Positions 57,755 through 64,000 of a DNA stretch of 64,000 nt are shown here, in pieces. The translations under genes were made by a program, and so were the position numbers. The notes below the pieces were generated by a model. That model did no database searches. It was not told the origin of the DNA and saw only the letters and a program-made list of their open reading frames with translations. Where the stretch lies: NCBI GenBank assembly GCA_963667465.2, contig CAXXDN010000001.1:192001-256000 (forward strand), read 5' to 3'. This DNA comes from Dehalococcoidia bacterium. Its GTDB lineage: Bacteria > Chloroflexota > Dehalococcoidia > UBA2979. Each line of letters opens with the position of its first letter. The first letter of the stretch is position 1.

Positions 57755-58011
57755 AGTGGTCCCGCGTTCCCGCGGTGTCGTCTTGTTCGGCCTCGCGGGC
57801 GGCGCTCCGGCCGGAGCCCGGGGAGCGCGCGCGAGGTTGGACGTCACACGTCGTTCGTTGTGCCGGATTATCGCACGCCCGCCGCAGGACCGCACGGCGG
57901 GCTGCGTACAGGCGACACTACGCGCGTCTCGACGTTCGGTGCGGCCGCGCCTGCCTCGCCCGTGGTTTCGAGGCGGTGGCGCGCGGGCTCGTCAGGGTCA
58001 GCGATCCCGAG

Positions 58012-59199
58012 TCAGTCCTCAATGTCGGCGTCCTGGAAGAGCGCGACGTAGGGACCGTAGATGAAGAGGCGGTCGCGCCTGCGCCCGGTGATCTCTACCA
58101 ACAGACCGAGATCAGCAAAGGCTCGAACCAGCGAGTTCGCCCTGGAGTGACTCAACCCCGCGCGCTGTCCTGCATCGCGGATATCGACGAACGGAGCCGG
58201 GTACAGCGACTCGAGCAAACGTAGCCCGTTGTCCGCCCGCCGCCCGAGCGATCCCGCAACGAGCGCACGGTGTTCCTCACGCAACATGATCAACCGGCGT
58301 GCCGTGTCCGTGGCCTCGGCCGCGACAACCCGGACGCCTTCGAGAAAGAACCGCAGCCATCCCTCCCAGTCGCCCCGGTCGCGCACCGCCTGCAGGCGGT
58401 CGTAGTACTCGGAGCGATGGCGTCGCAGATAGTGGGAGAGGTAGAGCAAGGGGCGCTTCAGGATGCTGGTCTCGCAGAGCAGGAACGTGATGAGGAGGCG
58501 TCCCACACGTCCGTTCCCGTCGAGGAATGGGTGAATCGTCTCGAACTGCGCATGAACGAGCGCGACCTTGATCAGCACGGGCAGGTCGCTCCCGTCATGG
58601 ATAAACGTCTCAAGTGCGCCGAGCGCATCGCGCATCTCCGCGGGCGGCGGCGGGACGAATGAGGCAGACGTCAGGGTGCTGCCCGGCGCGCCGATCCAGT
58701 TCTGCGAGGTGCGGAATTCGCCGGGGTTGCGCTCGGCGCCACGCACCCCCTTCAGGAGCACGCCGTGGATCTCTCGGATCAACCGCAGAGAGACGGGCAA
58801 CGAGTCGAGGCGCTCCAGCCCATGATTCATCGCCCTCACGTAGTTGGCGACCTCGGCAGAGTCGTCGGGCGTGCGGGCGCGCGCCCGCTCCGACTCGAAC
58901 TCAAGCAGATCGACGAGTGAGGCCCGGGTACCCTCGATCTGGCTCGACAGCACCGCCTCCCGCCGGACATACATGTAGACGAAGAGGTCGGGGTCGGGCA
59001 GCAGCTCCGAGGCGCCATCGAGCCGGCCGAGCGCACGATCCGCCTCCGAGAGCAGCCGCACCAACTCGGCGCCGAGGTCCGGCGGAGGGACGGGCGGAAG
59101 CGGCGCGGGAATAAACGCGCGGTAGCCAGCAGGAACACGCACGTAGCGGCCAGCGCGCGGCTCCGTTGCTGTCGATTCCCGGACGTTCTCGCCTACCAT
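58012..59199 (-). CDS. Fic family protein (class II) with probable C-terminal HTH
   Basis: HPFLDGNGRVGR; SSQIEG; EITGRRRDRLF; start uncertain. Confidence 0.92.
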   Translation of the reverse strand: MVGENVRESTATEPRAGRYVRVPAGYRAFIPAPLPPVPPPDLGAELVRLLSEADRALGRLDGASELLPDPDLFVYMYVRREAVLSSQIEGTRASLVDLLEFESERARARTPDDSAEVANYVRAMNHGLERLDSLPVSLRLIREIHGVLLKGVRGAERNPGEFRTSQNWIGAPGSTLTSASFVPPPPAEMRDALGALETFIHDGSDLPVLIKVALVHAQFETIHPFLDGNGRVGRLLITFLLCETSILKRPLLYLSHYLRRHRSEYYDRLQAVRDRGDWEGWLRFFLEGVRVVAAEATDTARRLIMLREEHRALVAGSLGRRADNGLRLLESLYPAPFVDIRDAGQRAGLSHSRANSLVRAFADLGLLVEITGRRRDRLFIYGPYVALFQDADIED

Positions 59200-59411
59200 C
59201 TGGCCTACTATTATCCTTTTCACTAGATAAGTGGCAATAGCTAGCCTCAATCGTGCTCGATATGCTCGCTTCTGGCACTAACGATCGCTTTCTGGTCGAT
59301 TACCCCACCGAAACGACAATAGCGGGGGCCCGCGCGGCCTCTTACTGTCACTTCCGGCAGCTACGCCAGCCTTCCGGGCGCGCTGTTGTCCCTTCGCGGC
59401 CACAATGGACA

Positions 59412-59834
59412 ATGGCGCCCGTGGACGAGCACGAGCAGCGGGAGATCGACGCCCTCCTCGCGCGCTACGAGCGCGAGCTCGAGTACTTCGCGCTGACGCG
59501 CGACCGGCTGCTGCCGCTGATGCGCCAGTTGCTCGACGCGCTGCGCGCCTGGGCAGAGCGCGGCAAGGACACGGACGGACGGGCGGCCATGCTACGCCGC
59601 GAGTACGTCACGGAGCTCAACACGCTCGGCGGGCAGATCGACGACTGGGTGCGGATTCGCGGCTCCGGGCTGCGCGTCTCCTCGCTCGCCGGCGGGATGT
59701 CGGACGAGCAGATCGAGCGCTTCAGCGCGCTGCAATCGCGCGAGGTCGCCGAGGCCGTGGGCCGCGAGGAGTTCGACGCCGCGCAGGCGGAGCTGCGCGA
59801 GCTGCTGCTGATCTTCGAGGAGTTCGCGGGGTAG
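59412..59834 (+). CDS. hypothetical helical protein
   Basis: Genome-typical codon usage from ATG at 59412; no family recognised. Confidence 0.65.
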   Translation: MAPVDEHEQREIDALLARYERELEYFALTRDRLLPLMRQLLDALRAWAERGKDTDGRAAMLRREYVTELNTLGGQIDDWVRIRGSGLRVSSLAGGMSDEQIERFSALQSREVAEAVGREEFDAAQAELRELLLIFEEFAG

Positions 59835-59837
59835 CGC

Positions 59838-61202
59838 TCAGAGCCGCTGCAGCGCCGCAGCGGGCAGCCTCGGGCGCGTCGCGAAGACGAAGCAGAGCGA
59901 GCCGAGTCCCGCGACCACTCCCAGCGCGAGGAAGGCCGGCGTGTACGTCCCTTGCGCGTCGTAGATGATGCCGGCGAACAGCGGCCCGATCATCATCCCG
60001 GTCATTACGATCAGCGAGGAGAAGCCCTGGATCTGCCCGTAGGAGCCGGGCCCGAAGTAGTCCGCGCGCAGCGCCGACGTGAGCGGCCCGCGCGCGCCCC
60101 AGCCCACGCCCTGGATCGCGACGGCGACCGTCACCAGCCAGAACGAGGGGCTCCACGCCAGCAGCAGCATCGCCGTCATGTGCCCGAACATCGCCGAGAC
60201 GATGATGATGCGCTTGTTCATGCGGTCGCCAAAGACGCCGCCGATCATCATCCCCACCACCAGCATCGCCGTCAGCAGCGCGATCAGCCGCGCCGCTGCC
60301 GCCGAGGACACGCCGAACTCGTCGGTCACGTAAACAAAGAGGTGCACCGAGATGGCGCCGACCGTCAGCAGGCCCGCGGCGTGCCCGAGCGAGAGCAGCC
60401 AGAACGCGCGCGTCCGCATCGCCTCGCGCACGGTGAAGCTCATCTCGGGCATGGCGGCCGCGGCGGCTGCTGCCGCAGGCGGGAGGCCGTCCGCGATCCG
60501 CCCGTAGTCGCTCGGGCGGGTCCGCACGAGACTCGCGAGCGGCAGGCCAAGGGCCAGCACGATGACGCCGGAGGCCACTGCGGTGGTGCGCCAACCCCAG
60601 AGCTCGAACGACCAGACCACCGCAGGCGCCAGCAGACCGCCGGCCGCGACGCCCGTCGACATCACGCCCAGCGCAAGCGCGCGCCGCTGCCGGAACCAGT
60701 TCACCACTGCCACCGAAACACTCAGCATCGAGGAGAGGCTGGTGCCGATCGCGATGAACGCGAACACGACGTAGAACGCCAGCAACGAACCGATGAGACT
60801 GAACGCGAACATCGCCCCGGCGAAGATGACCACGCCGATCACCATGATCACCCGCGGCCCGTAGCGATCGACGGCCCAGCCGTGGATCGGGCCGAGGAAT
60901 CCCGTCTCCACGCGCTGCAGCGCGAACGCAAGTGAGAGCTCCGTGCGGCTCCAGCCGAACTCGTCCTCCAGCACCTTCACGTAGGCCCCAAAGGCGTGGA
61001 ACAGCAACCCGCCGCCCATCACCATCAGGCCCCAGCCGGCGAAGACGATCCACCAGCCGTAGAAGATGCGCTCGCGCACCGCGCGAGGCGGCCCGGGCGG
61101 GGGCGCGGCGGGGCCGTCCCCCGACGCGCCGTTCCCCCCGGCGTCCGCTACGTCGACGACCTTCGCCACCCGTGAAGACCCCTCGCGCTGCCGCGGTTGC
61201 AT
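59838..61202 (-). CDS. MFS transporter
   Basis: FYGWWIV, GWAVDRYGPR, about 12 TM helices; start uncertain. Confidence 0.92.
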   Translation of the reverse strand: MQPRQREGSSRVAKVVDVADAGGNGASGDGPAAPPPGPPRAVRERIFYGWWIVFAGWGLMVMGGGLLFHAFGAYVKVLEDEFGWSRTELSLAFALQRVETGFLGPIHGWAVDRYGPRVIMVIGVVIFAGAMFAFSLIGSLLAFYVVFAFIAIGTSLSSMLSVSVAVVNWFRQRRALALGVMSTGVAAGGLLAPAVVWSFELWGWRTTAVASGVIVLALGLPLASLVRTRPSDYGRIADGLPPAAAAAAAAMPEMSFTVREAMRTRAFWLLSLGHAAGLLTVGAISVHLFVYVTDEFGVSSAAAARLIALLTAMLVVGMMIGGVFGDRMNKRIIIVSAMFGHMTAMLLLAWSPSFWLVTVAVAIQGVGWGARGPLTSALRADYFGPGSYGQIQGFSSLIVMTGMMIGPLFAGIIYDAQGTYTPAFLALGVVAGLGSLCFVFATRPRLPAAALQRL

Positions 61203-61273
61203 GGCTCCGCTGCACTGGTGCGGCCCCGCCATCATAGGCGCGAGCCCGCTACACACCCGGCGCCGCGCTCCGG

Positions 61274-61687
61274 CTACCGCGCCTCCGCCCCGCCCTCGAT
61301 TGCGTCGAGCCGCCTCAGCAGCAGGGACGCGCCGACCACCTGCGCGCCCAGCGCCTCGACCTCGCGGCGCAGCGCGGCATCCGAGGTCACGACCGTCAGC
61401 GACGCAGGCTCCGCGTCATCCGCCACCAGCTCCGCGATGCGCTCGTCGGCGGCGTTCCTGCCGCTGCGCCGCGCGTAGAGCACGCGCAGCGGTTCGCCCT
61501 CGGGCTGCTCCGGCGGGCCGGAGCGGCCGGGCCGCCCGTCGAAGACCACCGTCAGTTCGTCGCCACTCGCCCCGGACAGCGCCTCGAGGCGTCGCGCGAG
61601 CCGTCGCATGGCAGCCTTGCGGTCGCGCCACCAGCCGTCCGGCCGCGAGCCGATGACGTTCATGCCGTCGACGATCAGCCGCCCCAC
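61274..61687 (-). CDS. NYN/YacP-like PIN-fold protein
   Basis: LIVDGMNVIG, VVFDG, ADERI, VVTSD. Confidence 0.85.
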   Translation of the reverse strand: MGRLIVDGMNVIGSRPDGWWRDRKAAMRRLARRLEALSGASGDELTVVFDGRPGRSGPPEQPEGEPLRVLYARRSGRNAADERIAELVADDAEPASLTVVTSDAALRREVEALGAQVVGASLLLRRLDAIEGGAEAR

Positions 61688-61787
61688 GGATCTCCTCCGG
61701 CCGCCCATCCCACGCCGCCATCCTCGCACGTCGCCACGGGCAGCCGCGGCGCGCGATCGTGAGCATGGCAGCGGCTACCCTCGGGCC

Positions 61788-62999
61788 GTGACCACGACGC
61801 CCGGCCCTCCCGGCGAGCCCATCGACCCGACGATCGCGACGGCCGCCCGCGCGGCCGAGCCGCCGCCGTTGTTCACGCGCGGCCTGCTGCTGCTCTGCAC
61901 CGCCGCCTTCTTCCAGATGTTCAGCTTCCAGATGCTGCTCCCGGTGATGCCGCTCTACCTGCTCGACATCGGCGGCAGCGAGGGGCAGGTGGGGCTGATC
62001 CTCGGTGTCACCGCAGGGACGGCTCTGCTCTTCCGCCCGCTCACCGGCTGGGTCGCAGACCGCTACGGGCGCAAACCGCTGCTGGTTGCCGGGAACGCCG
62101 ACTTCGCGCTCTCGCTCGCGCTCTACCCGTTCGCGCGCTCGGTCGCGCCGCTGCTCGGCGTGCGCTCGCTGCAAGGCGCCGGACTCTCCGCCGTCAGCAC
62201 TGCCGGCAGCACGATGGTCGCCGACCTCGCGCCCCCGCTGCGCCGCGCCGAGGCGATGGGTGTCTACGGCGTCGCCGTCAACGTCTCGAGCGCGATCGGG
62301 CCGCTGCTTGGCGCGACGATCGCGATCGGGGCTGGCTTCAACCGGGCCTTCCTCGTCGCCGGGGTATTCGCGGTGATCGGTCTCATCCTCACCTCGCGAC
62401 TGCCGGAGCCGCCGCGCCCCGCGGCTCCCGAGGGCGGTACGCGCTTCACGCTGATCAGCAGCGACGCGCTCTTCCCGGCCTCGATCGCGCTCTGCCTCTT
62501 CCCGCCGATCGGCGTCGTGCTCTCCTACGTCGCCGTCTTCGCGGACGCCGAGGGGCTGGGCAACCCCGGTCTCTTCTTCCTCCCCTACTCGCTGACGCTG
62601 ATCGTGGTGCGCGTGCTCGCCGGACGACTCTCCGACCGCTACGGGCGTCTGACCGTACTGCTGCCGGCGATCCTGGCGTTCGTCGCCGCGCTGGTCGTAA
62701 TCGCCTCGGCGAACCACGTGCTCGTGCTGCTGCTCGGGGGGCTGCTGCTCGGCATCGGCTTCGGCATCGCGCACCCGACGATCCTCGCGATGGCGGTCGA
62801 TCGCGCGCCGCCGGGCCGCCAGGGCGCCTCGATGAGCACGCTGATCGGCGCCTTCGACCTCGGCATTGGCGGCGGCTCCGCGCTCGCCGGGCTGGCCGTC
62901 GCCTTCGCGGGTCTGCGCGGCGTCTTCGTGCTCGCGGCGATCGCGCCGCTGATCGCCGCCGTGCTGCTAGGCGTGGCGCTGCGCCGCAGGAGCCGCTGA
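61788..62999 (+). CDS. MFS transporter
   Basis: GWVADRYGRK, GRLSDRYGR, about 12 TM helices. Confidence 0.92.
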   Translation: MTTTPGPPGEPIDPTIATAARAAEPPPLFTRGLLLLCTAAFFQMFSFQMLLPVMPLYLLDIGGSEGQVGLILGVTAGTALLFRPLTGWVADRYGRKPLLVAGNADFALSLALYPFARSVAPLLGVRSLQGAGLSAVSTAGSTMVADLAPPLRRAEAMGVYGVAVNVSSAIGPLLGATIAIGAGFNRAFLVAGVFAVIGLILTSRLPEPPRPAAPEGGTRFTLISSDALFPASIALCLFPPIGVVLSYVAVFADAEGLGNPGLFFLPYSLTLIVVRVLAGRLSDRYGRLTVLLPAILAFVAALVVIASANHVLVLLLGGLLLGIGFGIAHPTILAMAVDRAPPGRQGASMSTLIGAFDLGIGGGSALAGLAVAFAGLRGVFVLAAIAPLIAAVLLGVALRRRSR

Positions 63000-63017
63000 C
63001 GCCTCGGACGCCCACGC

Positions 63018-64000
63018 TCAGGCCGCCGGGGCGACCTCCGCGCAGGTCGGGATCTGCTGCAATGCGGCGACGATCTCGCGCACCTGCGCCTCCTCGTCCG
63101 GGTTACGCGGCTCCACCTCGAGGTTCACGGCCGTCGCGAGCCCGGTGTACTTCTCCCGCATCTCGGCGGCGATCTCGTCCCATGTGCCGATCGCGCAGAA
63201 CTCCTCCAGCATCTCGTCGCTCACGCGGCTCGGCAGCACGTCCCAGCGGCCCTCGATCGAGAGCCGGCGCAGCTCGGCAGCCGTCTCCTCCAGACCGTGC
63301 AGCGCGAGAATGCCCGCGTACGCGCCCGTCGAGGAGTAGAAGGCGACGCGGCGGCGGGCGACCTCGCGGGACTCCGCCAGCTCCTCCTCGTTGCGACCGG
63401 TCACGATGAAGCCGCCGGAGCGCACCATCAGCTCGCCGGGGTCTCGCCCGGCCGCACGCGCGCCCTCGAAGACGCGAGGCAGCACAACCTCGCGCTGGTG
63501 GCGGAAGCTGCTCAGGGGGTGGATGGCGATGCCGTCGCAGAGCTCGCCCGCGAGGCGCGAGTTGTAGGGGTTCACGGCGGAGATCACGATCGGGACGTCG
63601 GGGTGCTCGATCGAACCGGGGTCGAAGTCCGGGTTCGTCAGGGTGTAGCGGTAGTATTCGCCCTCGAAGTCGGGGCGGGCGCCGGTCTGCCAGCAGTGCC
63701 AGATGGCGCGGATGCAGCGGATGTAGTCGCGCAGCCGCGGGCCGGGCGGTCCCCACGGCACGGAGAAGCGGCGCTCGTTGTGCCCCTTCACCTGCGTACC
63801 CAGCCCGAGCACGAAGCGCCCTCCCGAGTAGCGCGCGAGGTCCCAGGCCATGTTCGCCGTGATGTACGGCGCGCGCGGGAACGCGATCGCCACCGAGGTC
63901 GTGAAGCGCACCCGTTCCGTGTGCTCCGTCACCAGCGTGAGCGGCAGGAATGGGTCGTGCTTCGACTCGGTCGTGGCGATCAGGTCATAGCCTCGAGCCT
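63018..64000 (-). CDS. LLM-class F420-dependent oxidoreductase (5' end outside the window)
   Basis: Frame continues upstream of the listed ORF as ESKHDPFLPL; AIAFPR, AWDL, LGLGTQV. Confidence 0.9.
   Translation of the reverse strand, partial: ARGYDLIATTESKHDPFLPLTLVTEHTERVRFTTSVAIAFPRAPYITANMAWDLARYSGGRFVLGLGTQVKGHNERRFSVPWGPPGPRLRDYIRCIRAIWHCWQTGARPDFEGEYYRYTLTNPDFDPGSIEHPDVPIVISAVNPYNSRLAGELCDGIAIHPLSSFRHQREVVLPRVFEGARAAGRDPGELMVRSGGFIVTGRNEEELAESREVARRRVAFYSSTGAYAGILALHGLEETAAELRRLSIEGRWDVLPSRVSDEMLEEFCAIGTWDEIAAEMREKYTGLATAVNLEVEPRNPDEEAQVREIVAALQQIPTCAEVAPAA

Noticed and set aside
57760-57900. Lysine riboswitch upstream of lysA
   Set aside because: The leader is too short and lacks the conserved AGAGGNGC start.

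Overview
High-GC bacterial chromosome segment; gene content and order (LLM/F420 oxidoreductases, TIGR03960-type radical SAM, tuf-rpmG-secE-nusG-rplKAJL, holB-ricT) suggest Chloroflexota/Dehalococcoidia, which is inference only. It is mostly housekeeping: fhs (partial), valS, lysC-thrB, thiolase, pdxST-tmk operon, usp-trkA-trkA-pheA, ispDF, cysE-cysS, pntA1A2B, three tRNAs, tuf, ribosomal proteins, radC, holB, lysA. Small accessory modules are interspersed: two class II Fic genes with periodic motif arrays upstream, an ABC-ATPase plus TOPRIM-like pair, three type II toxin-antitoxin pairs, and one IS110 element. The best-supported non-coding signals are: (1) the IS110 non-coding end, whose loops contain sequences matching the element's own ends and its C-rich insertion site (bridge-RNA architecture); (2) a Val-codon leader peptide plus terminator upstream of valS; (3) a 71-72 bp modular array upstream of the first Fic gene; (4) a palindromic repeat family with one copy inserted in frame in valS. 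Start codons were chosen by eye, and family assignments come from motif recognition, not database searches.
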